This document shows positions 37,336-47,561 of a DNA stretch of 64,000 nt, piece after piece. Numbering within the stretch: position 1 is the first letter of the stretch; the number at the start of each line of letters is the position of its first letter. The position numbers were made by a program, and so were the translations under genes. Below the pieces are notes generated by a model that worked only from the letters and a program-made list of their open reading frames with translations, made no database searches and was not told the DNA's origin. The DNA is from a bacterium (GTDB lineage: Bacteria > RBG-13-61-14 > DATKZS01). Where the stretch lies: assembly GCA_963674965.2 (NCBI GenBank), contig CAXXFL010000003.1, forward strand, positions 256,001 to 320,000, written 5' to 3'.

Positions 37336-38310
37336 TCAAAGCGGGTCGGGATAGAGGTATCGATAGGCGCTTTCCATGGCCTCGACCGCGGTGAGGGCGG
37401 GGGAATATCCGAGGACTTTCCTGGCCTTCTCGATCGAGTACTCGCCTCCCACCAGGGCGAACCTGGCCAGCTCGGCCGGGGTGGGCGAATATTGCTCGAA
37501 CCTCTCGATGAGGTCCACCACGCGCTCGGTCCATGCGACCGGGACCTGGAGAAGCCTCGATTTCGATCCCACCCTCGAGACGAGCTCGGCAAGGGCCCGG
37601 GAGCAGGGAGGAGCGTCGGCCGCGGCGATGGTAAAGGCCTCGCCGTCGGCCTCCTCGGCCTCGGCGCAAAGCGCGAAGGCCCGGCCCGCGTCCAGGGACG
37701 AGACCGAGGCCCAGGGCGCGTCGGGAGCGGCCGTCACCGGCACGGGCAGGCCTTTTCGGATCAGCTTGAAAAGGAGGGTCATCGAGGGCTCGTGGTAAAA
37801 GCCCGGGCCGAATATCATGGGCATGCGCGGGAAGACGACCTCGAGCCCGGTTTCATCCCTGATCTTTAACAGCCGCTTTTCGCACTCCCATTTGTTCCTC
37901 GAGTACACGCCCGTGAAGCGTTTCTCGTCGTCCTCCGAGACGGGGAACTCCTCGGGGTAGTAGAGGCCGTAAATCTCGATGGTGGAAGCGAACACGAGAC
38001 GGCGGACGCCGTTCTTAACGGCCGCTCCCGCCATGTTCAGGGTGGCCCCCACGTTTATCTCCCAGAAGCCCCGCGCCGTAAGGTCGGCCTGGGGCATGGA
38101 CGCGGCCAGGTGATGGATGACCTCGACGCCCTTGGCCGCCCGGTTTGCGGCCTCCCGATCGAGCACGCTTCCCCTCACGAAGGCCACGTCGCCCAAGAGG
38201 CCGTCGGGCGGCTTTTTCAGATCGAGCACGATGACGTCGTGGCCCTTCTCGAGAAGGGCCTTGATTACGGCCCTTCCCAGCACGCCGGCGCCGCCGGTTA
38301 CAAGGTGCAT
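37336..38310 (-). CDS. NAD-dependent epimerase/dehydratase family protein
   Basis: VTGGAGVLG Rossmann motif, HLAA, YxxxK (YSRNK). Confidence 0.9.
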   Translation of the reverse strand: MHLVTGGAGVLGRAVIKALLEKGHDVIVLDLKKPPDGLLGDVAFVRGSVLDREAANRAAKGVEVIHHLAASMPQADLTARGFWEINVGATLNMAGAAVKNGVRRLVFASTIEIYGLYYPEEFPVSEDDEKRFTGVYSRNKWECEKRLLKIRDETGLEVVFPRMPMIFGPGFYHEPSMTLLFKLIRKGLPVPVTAAPDAPWASVSSLDAGRAFALCAEAEEADGEAFTIAAADAPPCSRALAELVSRVGSKSRLLQVPVAWTERVVDLIERFEQYSPTPAELARFALVGGEYSIEKARKVLGYSPALTAVEAMESAYRYLYPDPL

Positions 38311-38339
38311 GGCGGTCTCCTTTTATCCATTCCCGAGGC

Positions 38340-38780
38340 TCAGTAGATGGTCTTGATCAGCGCCCGCTTCCTGCCGGCCGCCTCCTTGAAAAACGAGGCC
38401 AGTTCCCTGAACTTATCGTACGCCTCGTCTCCCACCTCCTCCTGGCAATCGCAATGGGCCTTCTCAAAGGCCCTTAAAAAAGCCTCCCTCGTCACGGTCT
38501 CCATGGCCGCCGCGGCCTCCCTCACCTTGGCCGCCGAGAGGAGACTGACCGGACACTCGTCGTCGCCGATCGATTTCTCGAGCGACACGGCCAGGTCCAG
38601 GCACGTGGACTCGATCTCGTCCATAAGATATGACAGGGCCGCGTCCACGTGGTAGCCGAAAAGCTCGAGCGAGAACCGGCCCTCGTCCCGACTCGCGGCC
38701 AGCTCGCGCGCCAGCCCGGGGTCTTTTCCGATCCGCTTGACCTCGGCCGAGGTCACCTGGACGTATATCTCTCCCGCCAT
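38340..38780 (-). CDS. DUF1877 (YfbM-like) hypothetical protein
   Basis: Size and pattern (LSYL, LSAAKVREAAAAM, FRELASFFKEAAGRKRALI) resemble DUF1877. Confidence 0.55.
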   Translation of the reverse strand: MAGEIYVQVTSAEVKRIGKDPGLARELAASRDEGRFSLELFGYHVDAALSYLMDEIESTCLDLAVSLEKSIGDDECPVSLLSAAKVREAAAAMETVTREAFLRAFEKAHCDCQEEVGDEAYDKFRELASFFKEAAGRKRALIKTIY

Positions 38781-38816
38781 GTCCCTTCATCTCCCGCCGC
38801 GAAAAGAGCGCCTAAT

Positions 38817-40343
38817 TCAGCGGCATTCGCCGGTTGCGAAGTCCAGCGACAAGGCCTCGCCCTTCTTGAGCCGCCGGCGGCACTCGAGGTCTTTCCAGGC
38901 GATCGCCGTCTCCGACGCGCCTTCCTCGCGGGTCTTCACCTCCACCGTTACCCCGTCGGCCGGAATTTCGAGCCTGACGCTGACGCCTTGGGCCTCATCG
39001 GGGAAAGCCGGACTGGCCGCGACGCCGCCCGGGTCCCGGCCGTAACCTATCAGGTCCTCGATCAGCATGGTATTGGCCAGGCCCGTCCAGCCCACGAAGT
39101 TGGGCCGGGGCTTGCCCCCCAGGGTCAGTTGCTTATACAGGTTGCCCTTTTTCCTGTGAAGCTCCCTGAAGTCGAAGCGGTCGGGGTCGTAGAACTCGAC
39201 CAGCTTGCCCGTGTTGCCGTAAGTACGGTAAACGCCGTCCACCAGCTTGAAGCACATGAGGGATGCCTCGTCCTCGTAGCCGTACCTTATAAGGCCGCGG
39301 GTGGCCATGTAGGCGGTGTTGAGCCAGATGGGTCCCCTCCAGCAGTCCTTCTCGAAGTGAGGGTCGTTCCTGGCCACCGAGGGAAGGGGCATGGGCGTGT
39401 TGAACTCATCGGGGTCCATAACCCGCTCGACGACCCTCCGCGCCCTCTCGGGAGAAGGGACGCCCGCCATAAGGGGGAATATGCCGGCCACGGTCCGTAT
39501 TTTGACCGGCTCTCCCGAGGCCAGGTCGAGGTCGTAATAAAAGCCCGTTTCCTCGTCCCAAAGACTCGCCTCGACGAGTTCCTTCAGCTCCTCGGCCTTG
39601 GCCCGAAAGTCTCCGGCTTCCTTCGTTCTCCCGAGGAGCCCGGCCATGGCCGCGAGCGACTCGTTCTGGAGGATCACGTACGAGCAGAGGTCGACCGCCG
39701 CCAGCTTCTCCATGTCCACCATGTAGGACTCGTCGGCCGAGCCGAAGCGGGGTGAGTTGTCAAGGCCCGACTCGTAGGAGTGCAGCCAGTGGAAAAGGCC
39801 GTTGTCCAGTCTCCGGTTGTCGTAGAGCCACCGGTTGTAGTCCTTGAGGACCGGGTAGGCCTTCTCGATAAAGTCGCGGCCGGCGCCTCCCTTTTGGTAG
39901 TTCTCCCATATGGACCAGGCCATGACCGGGGGCTGGGTATAGTCGCTCTTGCCCCATTGGCTGGAGTAATGCTGGAGCCTTCCGTCCCTGGCCTTGGAAA
40001 GCACGGCCCAGGTAACGTCCTGGGCCGCCTCCCGGTCCCAGGTCCGCCATACCTGGGAGATGAAGGCCGTGTCCCAAAGGTAAACGCCCCGGAAGATGGG
40101 AGATGGATAGGCGAACCTGACCTCGAAGAATCGGTTGGGGCCATGGAGATTTTTGAGAAGGGTACGGTAGACGGTCTCGAAGCCCTTTTCCCAGTCGCCC
40201 GAGCGCTCGAGTCCCGAGACCTCGATCGATGGAGCGGGACTGGATACGCCCTTGCCGGGACCGGCGGGTCCGGCGTCGGCCGCGCGGCCGAACGCGGCCG
40301 AGGCGGCGATGGCAAAAATCAAAAATGAGCGAAACGATTTCAA
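38817..40343 (-). CDS. GH63/MGH1-like (alpha/alpha)6 glycoside hydrolase, secreted
   Basis: Signal peptide; YLWDTAF, TQPPV, ESGLDNSPRF, WRGPIWLN, EFYDP, NFVGWT. Confidence 0.88.
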   Translation of the reverse strand: MKSFRSFLIFAIAASAAFGRAADAGPAGPGKGVSSPAPSIEVSGLERSGDWEKGFETVYRTLLKNLHGPNRFFEVRFAYPSPIFRGVYLWDTAFISQVWRTWDREAAQDVTWAVLSKARDGRLQHYSSQWGKSDYTQPPVMAWSIWENYQKGGAGRDFIEKAYPVLKDYNRWLYDNRRLDNGLFHWLHSYESGLDNSPRFGSADESYMVDMEKLAAVDLCSYVILQNESLAAMAGLLGRTKEAGDFRAKAEELKELVEASLWDEETGFYYDLDLASGEPVKIRTVAGIFPLMAGVPSPERARRVVERVMDPDEFNTPMPLPSVARNDPHFEKDCWRGPIWLNTAYMATRGLIRYGYEDEASLMCFKLVDGVYRTYGNTGKLVEFYDPDRFDFRELHRKKGNLYKQLTLGGKPRPNFVGWTGLANTMLIEDLIGYGRDPGGVAASPAFPDEAQGVSVRLEIPADGVTVEVKTREEGASETAIAWKDLECRRRLKKGEALSLDFATGECR

Positions 40344-40418
40344 TTTGGCATACCTCTTGGTCGGCGTCGCCGGGACGCTTTTTCAACGCGAGGGCCCGCG
40401 CGGGGAGCGGGGGGGACG

Positions 40419-43340
40419 CTAATCGGAGTCGAGATTGAATTCTCCCAGAAGTTCCCTTAAACCGTTGGCCATGCTTTTCAAGTTGGCGACGGTGCGCATC
40501 ATTTTTTCCACGCGAAGCTGGTTGTCGTCGGCCACGGACTTTATATGTCCCACGGCGTTGGAGACCTCGTCCGTGCTTTTGAGCTGCTCGCCCTGGGACA
40601 GGTTGATAAAGCCCGTGATCTCCGCGATGTGCTCGATGGCCTGGGTGATCTGCCTGCTGCCCTGGGCCTGCTCGAGCGTCGCCCTTTTAACCTGCTGGGC
40701 GATGTCCTCCATCTTGGCGGCGGTCGAGGCTATCTGGTCGCCGCTTTTGGTCTGCTCCTGGGTCGCCTGGGCCGCCTGGGTGATCATGGCGTTAAGTCCG
40801 TCCATGAACTCGAGGAACTCGGAGGACTTTTTCGCCTGCACCTTCGCGGCCTCGGCTATGGCGTGGGTCTGCTCCATGGATTTTCTGGCCGAGTCCTGAA
40901 TCTCGATAAGGGCGTCGCCGGCCTGCTCGGAGCGCTTGACTCCCTCCTCGATGGTCTGGGTCCCCTCCTTCATGCGCAGCACGGCCAGTTGGGCCCCGCC
41001 CTGCACGGCGTCGATGAGGTCGGCGATTTCCTTGGTGCTGGCGGCGGTCCTCTCGGCCAGGTCCTTGATCTCGTCGGCCACCACCGAGAACCCCCGGCCG
41101 TGCTCGCCGGCCTGGGCCGCGATGATGGCGGCGTTAAGGGCGAGCAGGTTGGTCTCGTCCGTCACGTCCTCGATGACGTTCAGGATGTTGCCGATTTCCG
41201 CGGCCCTCGCGCCCAGCTCGGAGATGACCTGGGACACTCCTCCCGAGGTGTCGCGGATTTTCTGAATGCCGTCGATGGTGAGGTTCACGGCCCGGGCGCC
41301 CTTCTCGGCGTCCTGCGCCACCCGGCCGCTGAGGGAAGCCGTCTCGGACGATCCCGAGTTGACGCGCGATATCATCCTTTCCATCTCGCCCAGGGAGTCC
41401 ATGGCGATCTGGGACCGGCGCGACAAATACTGAACGTTCTCGGCCACCTCCCTGGTTGAGGTGTTCATCTCCTGGATGGCCGCCGTGGTCTGTTCCACCG
41501 CGGCGGAAAGGTTCTCCACGTTCAGCCCCACCTCGTCGATGGTGGCCTGGACCTCGAGGATGGAGGCGCTGGACTCCTCGGCCGAGGAGGCCAGGGTCTG
41601 CACCGAGTCGGCTATGCCGCCGACCGATTCCTTCATGACCCCCATGGTCCGCGAGGTCTCGTCCACCAGCGACACCTGGGTGCGGCTGCCCTCGCTCATC
41701 TCGTCCCCCTCGGACTGGATGGCGCCCGCCGCGTCGTCCAGGGCGTGGGCGGCCTCCTCCATCCTTCCCAGCAGCCGCCTAAGGCCGAAGATGGCCGAGG
41801 CAACGGACCTGGACAATATGCCCATCTCGTCCCTGCCGGTCACGGTCACGTTCCTGGTCAAGTCCCCCTCGGCCATGGCCCCAAGGGACCCCATCAGAGA
41901 GACGATCGGGTCCCGAATCTCGGCCGAGGCCAAACCCGCGTACCGGACCGCGAAGAGGGGCAGGACGATAAGGACGGGGACCACCAGCCAGAGCATCTCG
42001 TTGACCGCGTAGGAGTAGCTCTCGTAGGGAGTGGCCACGAAGAGGTAACTATTGCCGGCCTCCGGCTCCTCTTTCGGAGCGAGGTACTTCTCGTCGTCCC
42101 TCGCCGCGTCCGCCGGCTCCGAGTAGCCGCTCTCGATATCGGTCTCGACGTTTTCGGTCTCGGGAGCGGCGCCCTCGTCGAATTCTTCCTCCGTGCCCAT
42201 GCTCGCCTCGGAGCCCTGGGGACCCTCGGCCCGGCCTTCCTCCTCCCGCATCCATTTCTCGAGGTCCTTGGACTCGTCGCTTATGTCAACCCGCACCAGG
42301 GAATACTCGGAAGCGCCCATCATCACCGAGTAGATTTTGCCGGGTACCAGGGTATGGATAGTGGGCCGCCGGAACTCGAGGGGGTCCTTGACTCCCCTGA
42401 CCACGACGTCCATGACCCGCTTGAAATCCTCGGGGACCTCCTCGTCCAGCCTGGAGTTGAAGTCCTCGTCAACCAGGAAGACCTTGTCGCGCTCCTTGTC
42501 GATGACGTACTTCTTGAGGTGCTCCTTGATGTTGCTCCCCGACACGCGGAACTGGACCATGGTGGAAAGCATGGGCTTTTGAGGCTCGAGAAGGTTCAGG
42601 TAAAAAGTCCCGAGCTGCCTTTTGTATCCCCTGTTGGCCCCGGATAAAAAGGCCACGCCCACCGTGACTATGCTCATGAACACGAGGAAAAGAAGGGCCC
42701 CCGTGAACTTGCCCCCGAGGTTGATCTCCATGAACCACTTGTCCTTGGCGTCGGTGAGCATGAGGTCGGGAAAGTCGGCGAGGATTTCCTCCTGGAACTC
42801 GAGGAGTCTTTTCCTGACCTTGTAGAACTGGAAGATGGAAATGACCCAGCCGGTGGCGGCGATGGCCATGATCATGGCGACGATCTGCCTCAGGGCGAAG
42901 CAGTAGGTGAACTGGAGGGCCCCCACCGCCGCGAAGGCCCCGGCGGTATAGAACACGCAGGACCAGAACATGGCGCGGTAAGGAAGGGTCTCGCTGGCGT
43001 AAAGGGCCGAGGAGGCGCTTGCCCTCAGTTCCTCGGGATCGGTACCGTTGGTGAGGGACAAATATTTCTCCGCCGGTCCCAGCACCCGGATGACCCAGTA
43101 ATAATGGCCCACCACGAAGGACGCGGAGATGGTCACCAGGATGATGAAATTTACGATAATGAAATAGGGGTCACGGGACCAGTCCCGGACCACGTTGGTC
43201 CACCTGGAAAGGGAACCCATGATCAAAAGGATGAAAAAAAGCAGGACGGGCATGCCGATCAGGTTGGTGTTGACGATGTTCCACCATACGGCCCATCTAA
43301 GGTCCTTTGCCGCCTCTTCTCCGGTCGCGCGCTCAGCCAT
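40419..43340 (-). CDS. Methyl-accepting chemotaxis protein, multi-TM N-terminus plus HAMP
   Basis: [36 protein letters not shown] signalling hairpin; HAMP GDL...RDEMG. Confidence 0.93.
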   Translation of the reverse strand: MAERATGEEAAKDLRWAVWWNIVNTNLIGMPVLLFFILLIMGSLSRWTNVVRDWSRDPYFIIVNFIILVTISASFVVGHYYWVIRVLGPAEKYLSLTNGTDPEELRASASSALYASETLPYRAMFWSCVFYTAGAFAAVGALQFTYCFALRQIVAMIMAIAATGWVISIFQFYKVRKRLLEFQEEILADFPDLMLTDAKDKWFMEINLGGKFTGALLFLVFMSIVTVGVAFLSGANRGYKRQLGTFYLNLLEPQKPMLSTMVQFRVSGSNIKEHLKKYVIDKERDKVFLVDEDFNSRLDEEVPEDFKRVMDVVVRGVKDPLEFRRPTIHTLVPGKIYSVMMGASEYSLVRVDISDESKDLEKWMREEEGRAEGPQGSEASMGTEEEFDEGAAPETENVETDIESGYSEPADAARDDEKYLAPKEEPEAGNSYLFVATPYESYSYAVNEMLWLVVPVLIVLPLFAVRYAGLASAEIRDPIVSLMGSLGAMAEGDLTRNVTVTGRDEMGILSRSVASAIFGLRRLLGRMEEAAHALDDAAGAIQSEGDEMSEGSRTQVSLVDETSRTMGVMKESVGGIADSVQTLASSAEESSASILEVQATIDEVGLNVENLSAAVEQTTAAIQEMNTSTREVAENVQYLSRRSQIAMDSLGEMERMISRVNSGSSETASLSGRVAQDAEKGARAVNLTIDGIQKIRDTSGGVSQVISELGARAAEIGNILNVIEDVTDETNLLALNAAIIAAQAGEHGRGFSVVADEIKDLAERTAASTKEIADLIDAVQGGAQLAVLRMKEGTQTIEEGVKRSEQAGDALIEIQDSARKSMEQTHAIAEAAKVQAKKSSEFLEFMDGLNAMITQAAQATQEQTKSGDQIASTAAKMEDIAQQVKRATLEQAQGSRQITQAIEHIAEITGFINLSQGEQLKSTDEVSNAVGHIKSVADDNQLRVEKMMRTVANLKSMANGLRELLGEFNLDSD

Positions 43341-43372
43341 GCTTCCTCCCGCCCGGTTTCAGGCCCTCTCGT

Positions 43373-43789
43373 TCACGTCTGGTTAAGAATCCAAAGCAGG
43401 GTAAAACCGCCGATAATGGACTCGCAGATCACCGCGCCCGCCGCCGCGCCCACGCGGAGGGCCCCCTTTTCCCCGAACAGGTAGCCAAGGACCGACCCGG
43501 CGGCCACCCCGAAAATAACGCAGCCCAGGACCGGCCCGTTGCCGATGAGCAGCCAGTCGTACTGGTTGGGGTACAGGGTCGGCACGGGGTCCAGGACCGC
43601 CGTGAGAATGAAAAAGGATATCGTCATAATAACGGCCCCGAAGTAATTGGCCGCCTGTATCTTGTAGGGGATAAAGAAGTCCTCGAGGAAGTTGGACGCG
43701 ATGGAGTAAAGGGTCCAGTTGATCATCAGCGTCACCAGGATAACGTTGACGTCGAAAAACTCGGGCGTCAGCCATTCTTTAATCGTCAT
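43373..43789 (-). CDS. Hypothetical integral membrane protein (about 4 TM)
   Basis: Hydrophobic 138-aa ORF abutting the lipB stop codon (TAAATG). Confidence 0.65.
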   Translation of the reverse strand: MTIKEWLTPEFFDVNVILVTLMINWTLYSIASNFLEDFFIPYKIQAANYFGAVIMTISFFILTAVLDPVPTLYPNQYDWLLIGNGPVLGCVIFGVAAGSVLGYLFGEKGALRVGAAAGAVICESIIGGFTLLWILNQT

Positions 43790-44506
43790 TTACCAGGTCC
43801 CTCCGTCCAGCGCCGACAATATCTTCAGGGGGTCCGCGCTTACAAGCTCGATCCTCAACTCGCCCGCCATGTTTTCGGCCAGCGTCTCGATGATCTTTTT
43901 TCTATCAAGCTCAGCCGCGCCAAGCTTTTTAAGCGAGGTCACGGGTTTGTCCGTGATGCCGCAGGGCACGATATGTCCGAACATCGCGAGGTCCGGGTCC
44001 ACGTTCAGGGCGAACCCGTGAGTGGTGACGTTCTCGGCCACGCGGATTCCTATCGCCGCCACCTTCGCCCCCCCTACCCAGACGCCCGGATACTCGGGGT
44101 CGGCGTAGGGCTTGAGGCCCAGGTCGAAAAGCGTCTTCAACATAAGGGCCTCGAGTTTGCCCACGTACCTTTTCACTCCCAGCCTCATGCCCTTGAGGTT
44201 GAGCGCGGCGTAGCATACTATCTGCCCGGGCCCGTGGTACGTTGCCTTTCCTCCCCGGTCCACCTGGACGACCTTCACCCCGTCGGCCGCCAGTTTGTCC
44301 GGCCCGGACTTGATATTGGACCTTCCCTCGTCCCCCTTAAGGGAATATCCCAGGGTGATGGTGGGCGGATGCTCCAGAAAAACGACGGTACCTGGTCTCG
44401 AGGGATCGAGCGCCTTCTCGCGCAGGGCCTTTTGCAGCCTGGCCGATTCGAGGTATTCGACCAGCCCCAGGTCCGCCCACTCAGCCTTGTACACTCCGCC
44501 CGTCAT
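43790..44506 (-). CDS. lipB: Lipoyl(octanoyl) transferase
   Basis: LEHPPTITLG, RGGKATYHGPGQ, KVAAIG, HGFALN, IVPCGI. Confidence 0.96.
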   Translation of the reverse strand: MTGGVYKAEWADLGLVEYLESARLQKALREKALDPSRPGTVVFLEHPPTITLGYSLKGDEGRSNIKSGPDKLAADGVKVVQVDRGGKATYHGPGQIVCYAALNLKGMRLGVKRYVGKLEALMLKTLFDLGLKPYADPEYPGVWVGGAKVAAIGIRVAENVTTHGFALNVDPDLAMFGHIVPCGITDKPVTSLKKLGAAELDRKKIIETLAENMAGELRIELVSADPLKILSALDGGTW

Positions 44507-44602
44507 TTGTCGTTCAAGCCCGCCGCCTTCAGGGCCTATTATAAATATCGGAGATGGAAAAAATCAAGGAGGATCGAAATTTAGACGTTTTCCCGCCTGG
44601 GC

Positions 44603-47092
44603 CTACATGCTCTTGGCCTTTTTGCCGGGGTCTATTTTTCTTTCCGTGAGTATGACGGGCAGCTCGATGATGAAGGTCGTGCCCCTCGGCTCGTTGTCCG
44701 CCACCCGGATGTAGCCGTAATGGTCCGATATGATGCGTTGGACGATGGTGAGGCCCAGCCCGCTTCCTTGCGGCTTGGTCGAGTAATAGGGCTCGAAGAG
44801 CCTGTCCTTGACGTATTGCGGAATGCCGTGGCCGCTGTCCCTTATCTCGATGCGCACGATGTTGAGCTGGTCGTTGTACATGGTCTCCACCTCGACCTCG
44901 CCCTCGTCCTTGATGCTGGAGACCGCGTTGTCCAGAAGGTTTATGAAAACCCGCTTTATCTGTTCCCTGTCCAGCTCGATGAGAGGAAGGCGGTCGTCGC
45001 TTACGAGCTCGAACCTGACCCGGTGATGGGCCTCGCGGTAAAGGGGAAGGACCTCCCGCAGGATATCGTGGAGGTCGGAGGGCTCGGGCTTGATCGAGGG
45101 AAGGCGGGCGAAGAGCGAGAACTCGTTTACCAGGTGTTTGAGCTCCTCCACCTGCCGGATGATGGTCCGCGTGCATTGGCTGAAGACCTCGGCGTCCTCC
45201 CCCGTCAACTCCCCCGCGTAGCGGCGCTCGAGACGCTGGGCCGCGAGCTGAATGGGAGTAAGGGGGTTCTTGATCTCGTGGGCGATCCTTCTGGCGACCT
45301 CCCGCCAGGCCATGGCCCGGTGGGCCCTGACCAATTCGGACATGTCGTCAATCACGATAACCGAGCCCAGGCTCTGGCCCTGGGCGTCCCTCAGGGGACT
45401 CACGGTGATGAGTAGAACGGCCGAGTGGCCGCCGCGGAAAGTGCTGATCTGCCTCTGGGCCATGGACTTATCGTCCTTTTCCAGCTCGCCCGCCAGGGAC
45501 TTGATAACGTCCATCACGTCGGACTGGAGGACCTCGGCCAGGTCCTTGCCCCTCACCTCGGCCGGGCTTTCCTTGCCGATCATGGCCAGGCCCGCCGGGT
45601 TGATGGTCGAAATCCTCGCGTCGGGGTCGGTGGAAATGACGCCGGCCGCCACGTGGGCCAGCACCGTCTCGGTGTATTTCCTTCTCTGCTCCAGCTCGAG
45701 GTTGGTGTCCGAAAGGCTCCGGTAGGCGCTGTTAAGCTCGGACCTGCTTTTCGCCAGGTCGCCCGTCATTTTATTGAAGGACCTTACCAGCGCGGATATC
45801 TCGTCGTCCCCCGAGGACGACAGGTCGATCTTGTAGTCCAGGTTGCCCGAGGCCACCATCTCCGTGCCCTCGGCCAGGAGGATGATGGGCTCCGTGATCC
45901 CCTTGGACACGTAGAAGCCGAACCAGATGGCGAGAAAGATGACGATAAGGGTCACGAACATGAGCAAGATAAAATAGGAACCCTTGATGGGAAGCTCGAG
46001 ACGACGCAGCGTCTCGTAGTCCTCGCTCGCCTCCTCGGCCGCCGCCCGCGCTCCCTCGAGCTTGGCCAGGTCCTTTTCCGGCGCCCATGAAACCAGACGG
46101 CCGCAGACCACCACCCCCACCATCTCGGACTCCTCCGACCCCGCCCGCCGGGGCACGGGATAAAAGGAATAAATGACCGCGCCGCCAGCCACCTCGATGG
46201 GCGGATTGATGCCCACCGCCCCGCTAAGGGCCTTCTTCACGTCCTCAAGAGGGACCGGCGGCGCCTCCCAGTTTTCCTTTACCGCCCGGGCCAAAAGCCC
46301 GCCCGACTTGTTGTAAACGCTCACCGAGTCGAGGTTGTACTCCATGCGCTTGTACTTGATGAAAAGACCGAGCTGCTCGGTGGCCGTGGGAACGGACGCC
46401 GCCTCCTGGGTACCGCCGTCCAGCGCGGACCCCGGGCCGCCGAGGGAAGAGTCGTTCTCCGGGCCCTCGTCCGCGCCGGCGCTCGAGCCGTCCCTGGCCA
46501 CCACGTCGATCCAGCCCCGCTCGATGATGGAACGCGATATCTCCTCGGCGAAGTGCAGGGCGTCTTCGCCGTCGGCCTCGTACTTGGCCGCCAGGAGGGT
46601 ACGGGCCGCCTCGCCTATGTTGGCCGCCTTTACCAGCACGTCCTTGGACTGGACCGCCACGTTCATCACGTGGGGCTCGTAAAGGCGCTCGATCGAGGTG
46701 TTGAGGATAAAGGTGGAAAGGAAAAATAGGACCGCCGCCGGGCCGATGGTCAGGGTCATGAAGGCCATGATCAGGCGCATCCTGAGACGGGCCCCCATGA
46801 CGCCCCGGCGCCTCTCGAAGAGGAACTTGACCACGTTGCGGACGATGAGAAAAACCAGCACCAGGATGAGAACGAGAAGAAGGGCCCAAACCGCGAAATT
46901 GAAGAAATATATCAGCGGGTCCTGGGTAAAGGCGTTGCTTTGAGCCAAGTGAAAAAAGCGGTCCACCAGATAAAGAAGGGCGCCGACAAGAACGCCCATA
47001 AGCGCGATTATGACTCTCTCGCGCCGCCGCCTCCGCTCGTCCTTGCTGGCCGCGTCGAGTATCTGAGCGCGCTTGCTGCCACCATCGCCCAT
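44603..47092 (-). CDS. NtrY-like membrane sensor histidine kinase (HAMP-PAS-HisKA-HATPase)
   Basis: AWREVARRIAHEIKNPLTPIQL, NLLDNA, FEPYYSTK, GSGLGL. Confidence 0.92.
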   Translation of the reverse strand: MGDGGSKRAQILDAASKDERRRRRERVIIALMGVLVGALLYLVDRFFHLAQSNAFTQDPLIYFFNFAVWALLLVLILVLVFLIVRNVVKFLFERRRGVMGARLRMRLIMAFMTLTIGPAAVLFFLSTFILNTSIERLYEPHVMNVAVQSKDVLVKAANIGEAARTLLAAKYEADGEDALHFAEEISRSIIERGWIDVVARDGSSAGADEGPENDSSLGGPGSALDGGTQEAASVPTATEQLGLFIKYKRMEYNLDSVSVYNKSGGLLARAVKENWEAPPVPLEDVKKALSGAVGINPPIEVAGGAVIYSFYPVPRRAGSEESEMVGVVVCGRLVSWAPEKDLAKLEGARAAAEEASEDYETLRRLELPIKGSYFILLMFVTLIVIFLAIWFGFYVSKGITEPIILLAEGTEMVASGNLDYKIDLSSSGDDEISALVRSFNKMTGDLAKSRSELNSAYRSLSDTNLELEQRRKYTETVLAHVAAGVISTDPDARISTINPAGLAMIGKESPAEVRGKDLAEVLQSDVMDVIKSLAGELEKDDKSMAQRQISTFRGGHSAVLLITVSPLRDAQGQSLGSVIVIDDMSELVRAHRAMAWREVARRIAHEIKNPLTPIQLAAQRLERRYAGELTGEDAEVFSQCTRTIIRQVEELKHLVNEFSLFARLPSIKPEPSDLHDILREVLPLYREAHHRVRFELVSDDRLPLIELDREQIKRVFINLLDNAVSSIKDEGEVEVETMYNDQLNIVRIEIRDSGHGIPQYVKDRLFEPYYSTKPQGSGLGLTIVQRIISDHYGYIRVADNEPRGTTFIIELPVILTERKIDPGKKAKSM

Positions 47093-47189
47093 GACCGGAT
47101 GATATCACATCGGGGAAAGCCGGACAAAGGGGCCCCAGAGCGAAGAGTTGCCCTTATTGGACGCGTTTTATGGTGTGATTAAGCGAGGA

Positions 47190-47561
47190 TCAGACTTCGC
47201 CCAGTCCTTTTCTGACTTTCCTTTTGAGCTCGTCGATGTCGAAGGGTTTTCCGATCACGTCGTCTCCCCCGCACTGCTTCACCGCCCCCGCCGCCTGGGA
47301 GACCCCCCTGGCGGTGACGAAAAGCACGTAAACGCCGCTGGTGTCGGGCTCGTTTTTAAGGGCCTCGCATACCTGGTATCCGACCATGCCCGGCATCATG
47401 ACGTCGAGTATGACCAGGTCGGGCTTGATCAGGCGTCCCCTTTCCAGGGCCTCGATCCCGTCCCGGGCCAGGTGGACGTCGTAACCGGCGGACTCGAGCA
47501 GAATCCTTATGGCGGTCCTTATGTCCTCGTCGTCTTCAGCCACCAATATTTTCTTCGACAT
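47190..47561 (-). CDS. Single-domain response regulator
   Basis: ILVAEDD, LDVMMP, VTA, KPF. Confidence 0.93.
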   Translation of the reverse strand: MSKKILVAEDDEDIRTAIRILLESAGYDVHLARDGIEALERGRLIKPDLVILDVMMPGMVGYQVCEALKNEPDTSGVYVLFVTARGVSQAAGAVKQCGGDDVIGKPFDIDELKRKVRKGLGEV

